This document shows, in pieces, positions 19,696-29,668 of a stretch of 64,000 nt of DNA. The DNA comes from an uncultured Bacilli bacterium. Its GTDB lineage: Bacteria; Bacillota_I; Bacilli_A; RF39; UBA660. The position numbers were made by a program, and so were the translations under genes. Under the pieces are notes generated by a model, which saw nothing but the letters and a program-made list of their open reading frames with translations, was not told the DNA's origin and searched no databases. The stretch covers positions 59,187-123,186 of the forward strand of contig CAKOSH010000003.1 of NCBI GenBank assembly GCA_934102215.1, read 5' to 3'. Numbering within the stretch: the first letter of the stretch is position 1; every line of letters begins with the position of its first letter.

Positions 19696-20232
19696 CTACT
19701 TTATTATTGTTATATCTGCTTCTTTTTTAGGCTTTGGTTTAAAATATTCTTCATTAAAATAACCTAATATACAATACCCTACTCCAACATAATTATTTGA
19801 AACATTCCATTCTTCTAATAGTTCTTTCCCTTCTTCTGTTTCAAAATCTTCTTTTACTCCAATAATTTTTTCTGAATCAACTCCATATATTTTAGTCTTA
19901 TTGTTTATTAATTTAATCGCTGTTTCTCCAATCATACTGTATTGTTTTACTTTCGTTTCATCTTCTAAAATTACTATTACTGTTGGAGCTCCATAAAATG
20001 AATCTGTATCTTTTCCTGTAACGATTGCATTAATCTTTGATAATTTCTCAATCATTTTTTTGTTTTGAAGTACAATAACTTTAAATGAGTCTGGACTTTC
20101 TGGTCTAATACAAATATCATCAAAAATTTGTTTTATTTCAGATACTATTTCTTTTAAATCTTCATCTTTGACTTGTTTTGTTTTATATTTTCTAATTTTT
20201 CTTTCTATTTGATTATTTGCTGTTTCGTTCAT
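19696..20232 (-). CDS. Nitroreductase-family protein
   Basis: N-terminal IERKIRKYK (RRSxRxF-like nitroreductase motif), about 178 aa, typical size. Confidence 0.6.
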   Translation of the reverse strand: MNETANNQIERKIRKYKTKQVKDEDLKEIVSEIKQIFDDICIRPESPDSFKVIVLQNKKMIEKLSKINAIVTGKDTDSFYGAPTVIVILEDETKVKQYSMIGETAIKLINNKTKIYGVDSEKIIGVKEDFETEEGKELLEEWNVSNNYVGVGYCILGYFNEEYFKPKPKKEADITIIK

Positions 20233-20331
20233 TATCTTTTCTCCTTCAATTTTAATTATAGCATACTTTTTTCATTTACTATCAAAGAAAAAACAATTTT
20301 ATTCTTATTTTTAAATATATGGCTTTAGATA

Positions 20332-21417
20332 TTATTTATTATTAACATTAAGAATTATTCCAATTGAAATCATACTTACTATTAAAGAACTACCGCCATA
20401 ACTTATGAAAGGTAAGGTAACTCCAGTGATCGGAACTAGTCCTACAACTACAGATAGATTTAATAATGTCTGAAACATAAGTAAAAATGATAATCCAAAT
20501 ATTAAATACTTACCATAAAGATCATTACAATCTATTGCTTTCTTAATTATATTATAAAATAAAATTATAAATAAAATTATTATTGTCAGTGCACCTATAA
20601 ATCCAAACTCTTCAGTTATTATTGAAAAAATAAAATCCGTTTGAGGTTCAGGAAGATAAAAATGTTTTTGTCTTGAACCAAGAAATCCAAACCCTAAAAG
20701 TCCTCCTGGCCCTATCGCATATAAACTTTGTATCATTTGAAATCCACTACCAAGTGGGTCACTCCATGGATCTAAAAATGAAGTAATTCTATCCATTCTA
20801 TAAGGTGCGATTAATATTAAAATAACTATACCAATTACACCTAGAACTCCAAGTTTAATAAATATAGAAAAGTCAGCACCACTTATAAAAATAAGTCCAA
20901 TTAAAGAACAAACAATTACCATACCAGTACCAAAATCAGGTTCCAACATAATTAGTCCAAAGAACAACAATATCACTAAAAACAATGGAACAATAAACTT
21001 AAAAGTATTTCTCTTGATTCTATCATTATTAGATAAATATTTAGATGTAAAAATTATTAATGATAATTTAGTTATCTCACTAGGTTGAAAACCAAAACCT
21101 AATATACCAAACCAACTTCTGCTTCCATTTCTAACACTACCTATTCCTGGTATTAAAACTAATATAAGTAAAATAAAACATACAAGTAAAAATTTATTAG
21201 AATGTTTTTTATACAAATTATAATCTATTTTAGAAAAAATAAACATCATAAAGATACCAATTATTAAGAAACAAAATTGACTAATAAAATATTTATAAGC
21301 ATTTCCATATTTGAAACTAGCCCATATATAACTACTTGAATATATCATAAGGGCACCTATTAAGGATAGTATTATAGTTGTAATAATTATTATTTTATTT
21401 CTTTTAATAAAAATCAC
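20332..21417 (-). CDS. ftsW: SEDS-family peptidoglycan glycosyltransferase (FtsW/RodA/SpoVE)
   Basis: 10-TM protein with conserved ...GSRSWFG..FQPSEITKL... and C-terminal ...LPFISYGGSSL... blocks. Confidence 0.85.
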   Translation of the reverse strand: MIFIKRNKIIIITTIILSLIGALMIYSSSYIWASFKYGNAYKYFISQFCFLIIGIFMMFIFSKIDYNLYKKHSNKFLLVCFILLILVLIPGIGSVRNGSRSWFGILGFGFQPSEITKLSLIIFTSKYLSNNDRIKRNTFKFIVPLFLVILLFFGLIMLEPDFGTGMVIVCSLIGLIFISGADFSIFIKLGVLGVIGIVILILIAPYRMDRITSFLDPWSDPLGSGFQMIQSLYAIGPGGLLGFGFLGSRQKHFYLPEPQTDFIFSIITEEFGFIGALTIIILFIILFYNIIKKAIDCNDLYGKYLIFGLSFLLMFQTLLNLSVVVGLVPITGVTLPFISYGGSSLIVSMISIGIILNVNNK

Positions 21418-21458
21418 CTATTCATTATATAGTATGAATAAGTGATATTATTTATTAT

Positions 21459-21770
21459 TTAAAATGTTTTATTATTAGTATAATTTGTTATAATTACTTC
21501 TTTTACATTACCACGTTTTTTACTATTAGAATTAATACTTCTTTTAGCTTCTATTAAATATATATGATAATCTTTATATAATTCGTTTACAAGCATTGTA
21601 TTATGATTAGAAAGCATTACATAACATTCTCTATCAGATAATTCTTTGAATACTCTTGCAAGTCTTACTTGTTCATTTTTATTAAATCTTTCTTCAGTAT
21701 AACTATTAAATGTACTTGTATTTGAATCATATTGTGAATCAAAATATATAAAATCTCCTTCACAAGCTAT
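21459..21770 (-). pseudogene. Remnant of a Dam-family (D12-class) N6-adenine DNA methyltransferase: C-terminal 100 aa only, catalytic DPPY decayed to DSQY, preceded by TAA TAA TAA
   Basis: Minus-strand frame reads ***IACEGDFIYFDSQYDSNTSTFNSYTEERFNKNEQVRLARVFKELSDRECYVMLSNHNTMLVNELYKDYHIYLIEAKRSINSNSKKRGNVKEVIITNY.., recalled as matching the Dam C-terminal region (..YxDPPY..RLa..lk.l...g.yvmlSN..t.lv.elY..y.i..v.akRsIn...krG.v.EviitNY). Confidence 0.65.
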
Positions 21771-21820
21771 TTATTATTATACACGTAAGGCCACAAAAAA
21801 GAAACAAATCTCTTTGTTTC

Positions 21821-22813
21821 CTACATCCATACTCCATAATAGATAGCTATCATGCCAAGCATAAATCCTATTATTAAGAACATTTTTACTATATCTGTTT
21901 CTTCCCATCCTAGTTTTTCAAAATGATGATGTATGGGTGTCATTAAAAATACTTTCTTATGAAATTTCTTTATTGCTGTTAACTGTATTATTGAAGATAA
22001 AGCTTCTATTACAAATACTCCACCTATTACAGCAAGTGATAATTCATGTTTAGTAAGTATTGCTATAGCAGCAAGTGTTGCACCTAGTGAAAGTGAACCA
22101 GTATCTCCCATAAATACTTTTGCTGGATGTGTATTATAAACTAAGAATCCAAGTATTGAACCCACTAATATAAAACAAAATATTGCTATTTCTTGATAAC
22201 CTTCTACCCAGGTAGTTCCCCAGGTAATGATACCAAAACTTAAGAATGCTATTAATGAAAGACCGCCAGCAAGACCATCAAGTCCATCTGTTAAATTAAC
22301 AGCATTAGATGAACCAACAAGTAAGAACAATATAAATAATCCATAGAACCATCCCATATCTATACTTATACCAAGTGAAGTAATAGTGACATTCGCATCT
22401 CCTCCACCTTTCATATAAATATAGAAGAATACAAGAGCAATCAATACTTGAACAGCGAGCTTCTGTGGTATAGAAAGTCCTGCATTATTATGTTCTTTTA
22501 TCTTTAAATAATCATCTACAAATCCAAGTAAAGCATAACTTATAAAGACAAATATTATAATAAGTAAACTATGTGTTATTTCAAGACTACCTCTTAAATA
22601 CAAAAATAACATTGTAATAAGTGTTGGTATTATAAATATAAGTCCTCCAAGTGTTGGAGTTCCATTCTTAGAAGCATGTCTAAATGCAGTAAAAGAACTT
22701 ATACTCTGCTTACATTTCATTTTCCTTAAAAGTGGTATTAAGAAGAATCCTAGTATTACTGCTATAAAAAAGCCTAACATTAATCCTAATATACTTTTCG
22801 CAAGAATTAACAT
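21821..22813 (-). CDS. mraY: Phospho-N-acetylmuramoyl-pentapeptide transferase
   Basis: Polytopic membrane protein with MraY blocks (NAVNLTDGLDGLA, DTGSLSLG). Confidence 0.9.
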   Translation of the reverse strand: MLILAKSILGLMLGFFIAVILGFFLIPLLRKMKCKQSISSFTAFRHASKNGTPTLGGLIFIIPTLITMLFLYLRGSLEITHSLLIIIFVFISYALLGFVDDYLKIKEHNNAGLSIPQKLAVQVLIALVFFYIYMKGGGDANVTITSLGISIDMGWFYGLFILFLLVGSSNAVNLTDGLDGLAGGLSLIAFLSFGIITWGTTWVEGYQEIAIFCFILVGSILGFLVYNTHPAKVFMGDTGSLSLGATLAAIAILTKHELSLAVIGGVFVIEALSSIIQLTAIKKFHKKVFLMTPIHHHFEKLGWEETDIVKMFLIIGFMLGMIAIYYGVWM

Positions 22814-22896
22814 TTTATCACATCCCTTACTTTTATTATACTTTATATATTTTACTTCTCATAATAATTTTACGTTTTTTATGTAAAGTCTATACA

Positions 22897-23820
22897 TTAT
22901 AAATTAAGAAAAAAATTCTCAAGTACTTTATTTTTATCATTACCTTTTACTTTTATACTAATATCCATATCACTTAATTTATATAAAATATCTAATATCT
23001 CTTCTTCACTAAAGTTTCTAGTGCTTTCATATAATTTCTTACCTACATATGGATTTATTGATATTTTAGTAACTATACTAGGTAAAGGCATACTTTTCAT
23101 AAGCACTTTTATTTGATATAAATATCTAAATTGTTTACTTATCGCATCAATAATAACAGTCGCATCAGTATTATCTTTAAGTATTTTGTATGAAGTAAAA
23201 CAATTACCAATATTCTTACTCATAACTGCATCTATCAAAGTAAACATTTCTTTTTCATTACTTTTACTTATTGTATCTTCAACATCTTTTATAGTAATAT
23301 TTTTATCATCTATTTTATAAAGCATTAACTTTTCTATCTCTTTTAAAGCATAATCAGCATTATTTTCACATAAACTAAGTATCTTTTTAACTACATCATA
23401 ACTTACATTAAATCCATTATCTTTAAGTATTTTAGTTATAAATTCATGAGTAGCTTTATAGTCCATTTTAACTATCTCTACTACCTTACATTTTTCTTTT
23501 AACTTCTTAATAAGTGAATCTTTACTATCTAGCTTTTCATCTATACATTTAAATATAATAACATTTTCATTCATATTATCTATATATTTTTTTAAAGATT
23601 CTTTTTCTTTATCTTTCATTTTCTTAAACGTAAAAGATGAAACTATAATAAGTTTCTTTTCATTAAATAAATCTATATAACATACTTCTTCTAATATTTC
23701 ATTTATAGATGTATTACTATAATCATATTCTATAATATTTTTTATGTCTAAAGAATAAATAAGTTCATTTATTCTCATTTTTAAAATATTAATTTCATTA
23801 CCTAAATAAACATATATCAT
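22897..23820 (-). CDS. holA: DNA polymerase III delta subunit
   Basis: MIYVYLGNEINILKMRINEL... N-terminus and about 307-aa length typical of HolA; AAA-lid-like organisation. Confidence 0.65.
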   Translation of the reverse strand: MIYVYLGNEINILKMRINELIYSLDIKNIIEYDYSNTSINEILEEVCYIDLFNEKKLIIVSSFTFKKMKDKEKESLKKYIDNMNENVIIFKCIDEKLDSKDSLIKKLKEKCKVVEIVKMDYKATHEFITKILKDNGFNVSYDVVKKILSLCENNADYALKEIEKLMLYKIDDKNITIKDVEDTISKSNEKEMFTLIDAVMSKNIGNCFTSYKILKDNTDATVIIDAISKQFRYLYQIKVLMKSMPLPSIVTKISINPYVGKKLYESTRNFSEEEILDILYKLSDMDISIKVKGNDKNKVLENFFLNL

Positions 23821-23822
23821 AT

Positions 23823-24683
23823 TTAATCCTTTATTATTACGCTTCTTATACTAGAATCTATAACAAAGTCTTTTATTTCATTTATTTCTTTATTATTAAC
23901 TAGTATCTTTTTATCTTTATAAGCTATTCTTAATGCTTTTAAAACTTCATAAAGTGAAGTATATAGTTTTACTTTTACTATTGTACTTTTACCATTATTT
24001 ATTGTTATTATTGTGTTATCATACATATAATCTAAATGTATAGCCTTATATATAGCAAGTATTTCTTCTATACTATAGAATACACAAGTACTATCTTTAA
24101 ACTTACTATTAGAATGAACTAAACATATATTCATAAATGCATTAATATATTTTTCATATGCACAAGTAGAATATAAATCAGTTTTAGGAATGCATATATA
24201 ACAATTCTTCATATTAAATATAGACATAAACTCATCTATTGCTTCAAGTATACCCTCATATGACTCATAATTAATAACCATATCTTTAAGATCATAATTC
24301 TTATTATATAAAGAATTTACTACAAGAGTAGTCTTACTATTGATTTTCTTATTAAGATTATATTTTTGTAAGGATGCTACTATATCACTTTTTTTAACCT
24401 TATTTATATTTCTTGATGGATTTAATTTTTCACGTTTATCTTTGTAATCATTCATTATTACAAGTGTGTTACTTTTCTTATTATTAAATTCCATCTCTTT
24501 TATACCAATTATTTTACCACTAACAGGACTAAATATTCCACTTCCATCATTATTAGTCCCAAGACTCATATTATGATAAACTAATCTATTTTTATTTAAT
24601 GTAAGTAACATTTCATTATCATAAGGTATATAAATATACTCTGGTGTTAAATAAGTTATATATTCTTGTACTTGTTTTTCCAT
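23823..24683 (-). CDS. Hypothetical protein
   Basis: 286-aa intact ORF immediately upstream of holA; no confident motif. Confidence 0.4.
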   Translation of the reverse strand: MEKQVQEYITYLTPEYIYIPYDNEMLLTLNKNRLVYHNMSLGTNNDGSGIFSPVSGKIIGIKEMEFNNKKSNTLVIMNDYKDKREKLNPSRNINKVKKSDIVASLQKYNLNKKINSKTTLVVNSLYNKNYDLKDMVINYESYEGILEAIDEFMSIFNMKNCYICIPKTDLYSTCAYEKYINAFMNICLVHSNSKFKDSTCVFYSIEEILAIYKAIHLDYMYDNTIITINNGKSTIVKVKLYTSLYEVLKALRIAYKDKKILVNNKEINEIKDFVIDSSIRSVIIKD

Positions 24684-24778
24684 AATCTACTCCTACTAAA
24701 ATATTATATATTAAAATTTAATATTTTAAAAGAAAAATATGTATGATATACTAATATTAATAATATGAGGTGTAAAAT

Positions 24779-26353
24779 ATGAAAAAGAAAATTATTATTT
24801 ATGGAGTTTTTGTTACATTATTATTTTGTTTGGTAGTATCAAGTATTTATGCTTTTGTTACTCTTGGAAAGAAGCCAATTAGTGATATTGAAAATGAAAG
24901 TACTACTGTTCCATCTATTACTGAAGAATTTAATGCAGTTACAAGTAAATTACTTAGTAAATATGATGGCGTTATTACTTATAACGAAAAAAGTACAGAA
25001 ATATATGAAGTTACTAGTAGTGAAAAATACATACTTGGTAGTAATGGAAAACTTTATCCAGATAAGATTAAGTATATTAATAGTAATGAAGAACCTAGTG
25101 ATGAAATATTAAAATTTGATAGATATGAAATAAGAAAAAATGAAGATAAAAATGATAATACATTATATTACTATTATGATAAATTAAATAAAAAGAGCTC
25201 AGATAGTTATATCTTTATAACACCTATTTATTATAAAGATAAAAATACTCCTAGATATTTACTTTTAAAAGGAGATAATATTGAACTTCTTGATATTAAA
25301 ACACATAAAGTTATTACTCTTAACAAAGATATTTCATGGCTACCTGAATTTAGTAATGAACTTTATGGATATGAAATAATCACTAATAATGAATATGAAA
25401 TAGTAGTAAAAAGTAATAATGATAAATATGGTATTATTAATTCTAAAGGTGAAATACTAATAGACTTCGTATATGATAATATTGTTAGTTATAAAAATGG
25501 ATTATTTATCGCTAAAATGAATGATAAATATGGTATTATTGATAAAAACAATAAGATAATATTAAACTTTAATTATGATAGTATGTCTACTTCTGGTAAT
25601 TATATTATAGTTACTAAAGGTGATAAACTTGGTGTTTTAAATAATAAATATAAAGTTATAGTTGACTACAGTATTACAATTGATACAAGTATAGATTTTT
25701 ATAATATTCCAAATAATGATATACATGGTACATATAGTTCTACTATATCAAGTGGTTCATTACTACTTATGATATATCCTAAAGGGTACGTTTTAGATGA
25801 AGGGGGTATATTTAGGAAGAATGATAGTACAGCCAAAGATATTAAAGCATATGTAATTAGTTCAAGAGGTATAGATAGGGCTTTCACTATTAATAGTAAT
25901 ATTGAACCACTTTATACAGATAATAATTATGAGAATATTGGTTACTACTACTCTATTTCTAATACAGATGGTAAAGTTACTGTTACTTTCTATGACACAG
26001 ATTATTATGAATACTATAAATATACAACTAAAAAACTAATTAATTCTAATTATAACGTTTCAGTATATATGATAAATAATATTTGCTATATTGAAATCTA
26101 TTATGATGTTAATGGTAATTATGATACTATATATTTAGATTTAATAAATTCAAAAGAGATAAAAGAAATTGATGCTTTATATAAATATTTTGATAATGGA
26201 TATGGTTATACTTTGAAAGATAATGTATTAAAAGTTTATAAGAATAAAGATGAACTTGAAAAGTTTGATAATATTAAAAGTTATTTAGGAGGATATCTAT
26301 TTTCTACAAATGATAATTCTATTATTGAACTTGAATTTCATAAAGAAAAATAA
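24779..26353 (+). CDS. Membrane-anchored protein with WG-type beta repeats (KYGIIxxxGxIxIxFxYD)
   Basis: N-terminal TM/signal anchor; several repeats NDKYGIINSKGEILIDFVYDNI / NDKYGIIDKNNKIILNFNYDSM / GDKLGVLNNKYKVIVDYS resembling KWG/WG_beta repeats. Confidence 0.6.
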   Translation: MKKKIIIYGVFVTLLFCLVVSSIYAFVTLGKKPISDIENESTTVPSITEEFNAVTSKLLSKYDGVITYNEKSTEIYEVTSSEKYILGSNGKLYPDKIKYINSNEEPSDEILKFDRYEIRKNEDKNDNTLYYYYDKLNKKSSDSYIFITPIYYKDKNTPRYLLLKGDNIELLDIKTHKVITLNKDISWLPEFSNELYGYEIITNNEYEIVVKSNNDKYGIINSKGEILIDFVYDNIVSYKNGLFIAKMNDKYGIIDKNNKIILNFNYDSMSTSGNYIIVTKGDKLGVLNNKYKVIVDYSITIDTSIDFYNIPNNDIHGTYSSTISSGSLLLMIYPKGYVLDEGGIFRKNDSTAKDIKAYVISSRGIDRAFTINSNIEPLYTDNNYENIGYYYSISNTDGKVTVTFYDTDYYEYYKYTTKKLINSNYNVSVYMINNICYIEIYYDVNGNYDTIYLDLINSKEIKEIDALYKYFDNGYGYTLKDNVLKVYKNKDELEKFDNIKSYLGGYLFSTNDNSIIELEFHKEK

Positions 26354-26362
26354 GTATAATAA

Positions 26363-26396
26363 AACTTCACATTTAAGTGAAGTTCTTTTTTATTAA
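26363..26396. terminator. Bidirectional rho-independent terminator (AACTTCAC-ATTTAA-GTGAAGTT plus T-run) between the convergent WG-repeat gene and yqeY
   Basis: 8-bp perfect stem with flanking T-rich (plus) / A-rich tracts. Confidence 0.6.
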
Positions 26397-26846
26397 TTAA
26401 TTTAATTTAGAACGAACAATTTCATTAACAATTTTCATATCAGCTTTACCTTTAAAGATTGGAGTTAATTCTTTCATAATTAGGCCCATATCTTTCATAC
26501 TAGTAGGTTTAACTTTATCAAATACTTTATCTATTTCAGCATTAATTTCTTCTTCTGTTAATTGTTTAGGTAAATATTTACTCAATAAATCTATTTCTTT
26601 TAGTAATTTATCTACTAAGTCTTGTCTATTACCTTTTTTAAATTCTTCTATACTTTCTTTATGAGTTTTAACTTGTTTACTTACTATATCTATAACTATT
26701 TCATCACTACATGAATTTCTTTCCATTTTATTGTTAACTAGATACATATCAATAGCTGACTTTAATAGTCTTATAGTATTTAATGAATCTTTGTCATGAG
26801 CCTTCATGGCTTCTTTCATATCATTTGATATAGTTTCATATAACAT
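26397..26846 (-). CDS. yqeY: GatB/YqeY-domain protein
   Basis: YqeY-family sequence, and conserved rpsU-yqeY gene order. Confidence 0.7.
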   Translation of the reverse strand: MLYETISNDMKEAMKAHDKDSLNTIRLLKSAIDMYLVNNKMERNSCSDEIVIDIVSKQVKTHKESIEEFKKGNRQDLVDKLLKEIDLLSKYLPKQLTEEEINAEIDKVFDKVKPTSMKDMGLIMKELTPIFKGKADMKIVNEIVRSKLN

Positions 26847-26863
26847 AATTATCTACTCCTTTA

Positions 26864-27055
26864 TTAATATCTTTGTTTGTTATGTTTTTTAGCATTTCTG
26901 ATAGCTTCTTTTTTAGCTTCTCTTCTCTTAATGCCAGGTTTAGAATATTCTTTTCTTTTTTTCATTTCAGTAGGGATTCCACTTCTTTGAACTTTCATTT
27001 TGAAACGTTTTAATGCGCCCTCGATATTTCCGTCTTTAACTTCTACGTGTGTCAC
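26864..27055 (-). CDS. rpsU: 30S ribosomal protein S21 (GTG start)
   Basis: ...VKDGNIEGALKRFKMKVQRSGIPTEMKKRKEYSKPGIKRREAKKEAIRNAKK matches S21. GGAGGG RBS 8 nt before GTG at 27053-27055; ORF track extends further upstream without RBS. Confidence 0.8.
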   Translation of the reverse strand: MTHVEVKDGNIEGALKRFKMKVQRSGIPTEMKKRKEYSKPGIKRREAKKEAIRNAKKHNKQRY

Positions 27056-27152
27056 TATTTCTTCCCTCCCTTCATGACTATAATTGATTATAGAACAAAA
27101 AGTGCCAAATTTCAAGTAAATTCTACTTATTTTGTGATTAAATTTGACATTT

Positions 27153-27512
27153 TTATAATTTTAATGTTTTTGGTTTACCATATAAAAACTCTTTTGTTTC
27201 TTTTCTAAGTTCCCTCATCCCTTCTATATGTGCTGTATTTGGACTAGAATTAGAACAATTTATCTCTATAAATAACCATTGCCATTTATCATATAAGTCT
27301 CTATTTCTTGCCTGTAGCTTATTTAATACTTGATGACTTTTTCTAGTAAGTAATGCTCCATTAGATACAATTGTATCGCCTTTTTTTCTTTTTACTATAT
27401 GATGAAAAGTTAAAGGATTATTCTTTTTGATTTTAGTACCCATCCAGTCAATATCACCAGGCTTATATATTTCAATCATTCTTTGTAGTACTTTTTGTTC
27501 TTCTGTATTCAT
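27153..27512 (-). CDS. Small HNH-motif endonuclease-like protein
   Basis: FHHIVKRKKGDTIVSNGALLTRKSHQVLN fits an H-N-H bba-Me motif; 119 aa, solitary between rpsU and tsf. Confidence 0.5.
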   Translation of the reverse strand: MNTEEQKVLQRMIEIYKPGDIDWMGTKIKKNNPLTFHHIVKRKKGDTIVSNGALLTRKSHQVLNKLQARNRDLYDKWQWLFIEINCSNSSPNTAHIEGMRELRKETKEFLYGKPKTLKL

Positions 27513-27574
27513 ATTTCACCTCGTTGCATTATTATAATATAAATGTATTTTGTTGTCTACCAAAAATTAATTTA

Positions 27575-27606
27575 AAAGAAAAGGACACCATTTAGGTATC
27601 CATATT
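27575..27606 (-). terminator. Rho-independent terminator after tsf (GGATACC-TAAAT-GGTGTCC plus TTTTCTTTT)
   Basis: 7-bp stem (one G-U) and U-tract on minus strand directly after the tsf stop. Confidence 0.55.
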
Positions 27607-27608
27607 AA

Positions 27609-28481
27609 CTACTTAATTTGACTCATTACTTCAGCAGCGAAGTCATCATTTCTCTTTTCCATTCCTTCACCAACTTCATATTTAACAAGTTTTACTAATG
27701 TAGCTTTGTTATTTTCTAAATAAGCTTTTACTGTTAATCCAGAATCTTTAATGAAAGCTTGTTCTTCTAAAACAGTTTCTTCATAGAATTTTCTAATTCT
27801 ACCTTCAACAATTTTATCAGCAAATTCAGGCTTTTTACCTTCATTAATAACTTGTTCTTTAATAACAGATTTTTCTCTTTCTAAATCTTCTTCTGGTACT
27901 GATTCAATATTGATATATTGAGGTCTCATTGCTGCTGCTTGCATTGCTACATCACGAGCAACTTCTTCATTTCCACCTTCAATAATTGTTAAAGATGAAA
28001 TTTTTCCTCCCATATGTAAATATGAACCAAATACTTGTGAATCAGTTTTAGTAACTTTTTCAAATCTTCTTAAAGATATTTTTTCACCTATTTTAGCAGT
28101 AGCATTAACTATTAAATCGTTAATAGTTTCATCTCCACATTTAGTATTTAATGCTTCTTCCATAGAAGTTACATTATTTTCTAAAATAGTATTTCCAATT
28201 TTATCTAATAATTCTTTAAATTCAGCATTTTTAGCAACGAAATCAGTTTCACTATTAAGTTCAACTACAACTGCATCGTTACCTTTAATATAAATATTTG
28301 AAAGACCTTCTGCAGCTATTCTTTCAGCTTTTTTAGCAGCTTTAGAAATACCTTTTTCTCTTAAATAATCGATTGCTTTTTCCATATCTCCATTAGTTTC
28401 AACAAGAGCCTTTTTGCAATCCATCATTCCTGCTCCAGTTTTTTCTCTTAGTTCTTTAACCATACTAGCACTAATATTCAT
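27609..28481 (-). CDS. tsf: Elongation factor Ts
   Basis: N-terminal UBA-like MVKELREKTGAGMMDCKKAL... and full-length EF-Ts similarity. Confidence 0.9.
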   Translation of the reverse strand: MNISASMVKELREKTGAGMMDCKKALVETNGDMEKAIDYLREKGISKAAKKAERIAAEGLSNIYIKGNDAVVVELNSETDFVAKNAEFKELLDKIGNTILENNVTSMEEALNTKCGDETINDLIVNATAKIGEKISLRRFEKVTKTDSQVFGSYLHMGGKISSLTIIEGGNEEVARDVAMQAAAMRPQYINIESVPEEDLEREKSVIKEQVINEGKKPEFADKIVEGRIRKFYEETVLEEQAFIKDSGLTVKAYLENNKATLVKLVKYEVGEGMEKRNDDFAAEVMSQIK

Positions 28482-28491
28482 ACTTTGCCTC

Positions 28492-29451
28492 CTAATTTAA
28501 AGCATCAACTAATTCATCTTTTTTCATTGTTGAATATCCAGAAACGCCTTTTTCTTTAGCGATTTTCTTTAATTCAGCAACGCTCATTGATGAATAATCA
28601 ACTTTTTCTTCTTTTTTAGCTTCTTTTTTTTCTTCTTTTTTAGTATTCTTTTCTACTTTCTTAGGTTCTTCTTCACTAAAATCATCAAATTCAACTACTT
28701 TAGTTTCAACTTTGATTTCTTTTGATGGTTTTACTGCATTTTCATCTTCAGTAACATAGTCTACTAATGGAAGTCCGTTTGCTTCACAAACAGCATTAGC
28801 TAAAACACCTAAAACTACTTTAACACTTCTAACAGCGTCATCATTAGCTGGAATTGGGAAATCAACATCATCTGGATCACAGTTAGTATCTACAATTCCA
28901 AATACTGGAATATGTAATTTACGAGCTTCATGTATAGCATTAGCTTCTACTCTTGGATCAACAACGATGATTGCTTTTGGTAAACGATCCATTTCACGAA
29001 CTCCACCTAGAAGTTTATTTAATCTGTCATATTCTTTTTGAATTTTTGCAACTTCTTTTTTAGGTAGTAATTCGAATTTACCATCCTTTTCCATTTTTTC
29101 GATTTCTACAAGTCTCTTAATTCTTTCTTTAATAGTTCTAAAGTTAGTAAGAGTACCCCCTAGCCATCTTTCTGTTACATAAAAACTATTACATCTAGTT
29201 GCTTCTTCGATACTAGCTTCTTTAGCTTGCTTTTTAGTACCTACGAATAGAACCTTACCACCGTTTTCGCATGCTTTAAGAAGTTCAGCGTAAGCTTCTT
29301 CTATTTTTTCAACAGTTTTTTGTAAATCAATAATATGAATGTCATCTCTTGTAGTAAAAATGTATTCCTTCATTTTAGGATTCCATCTTTTTGCTTGATG
29401 TCCAAAGTGAACACCTGCTTCTAATAAATAACTTTTTGCAATTACTGCCAT
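28492..29451 (-). CDS. rpsB: 30S ribosomal protein S2 with about 70-aa Lys/Glu-rich C-terminal extension ending in a Rho_N/SAP-like motif
   Basis: S2 core (HFGHQ..RWNPKM); tail [12 protein letters not shown]...[30 protein letters not shown]. Confidence 0.9.
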   Translation of the reverse strand: MAVIAKSYLLEAGVHFGHQAKRWNPKMKEYIFTTRDDIHIIDLQKTVEKIEEAYAELLKACENGGKVLFVGTKKQAKEASIEEATRCNSFYVTERWLGGTLTNFRTIKERIKRLVEIEKMEKDGKFELLPKKEVAKIQKEYDRLNKLLGGVREMDRLPKAIIVVDPRVEANAIHEARKLHIPVFGIVDTNCDPDDVDFPIPANDDAVRSVKVVLGVLANAVCEANGLPLVDYVTEDENAVKPSKEIKVETKVVEFDDFSEEEPKKVEKNTKKEEKKEAKKEEKVDYSSMSVAELKKIAKEKGVSGYSTMKKDELVDALN

Positions 29452-29668
29452 TTTTCATTTCTCCTTTCGTTAATTCTTCTGCCTATCTTTAAATTAATAT
29501 TCACTTATATTAAGCACTAGAATATTAAATCAATAAGCATGTCTTTTTTCTTAAAGCGAGTTTATTTTAGCACATTTTAGATCAAAAAAAAAGAGTTTTG
29601 TGAAAATTCTATGGTGCTAATAGTGGAAAGTTAACTCTTTTTAAATGTGGTTGGTTGAATTGTGTGCG

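Noticed and set aside
23823-24683. 286-aa protein upstream of holA considered as a ComE-type competence protein or an RnfC-N-like barrel protein (SPVSGKIIGIKEM)
   Set aside because: Only a short motif resemblance; no supporting domain architecture.
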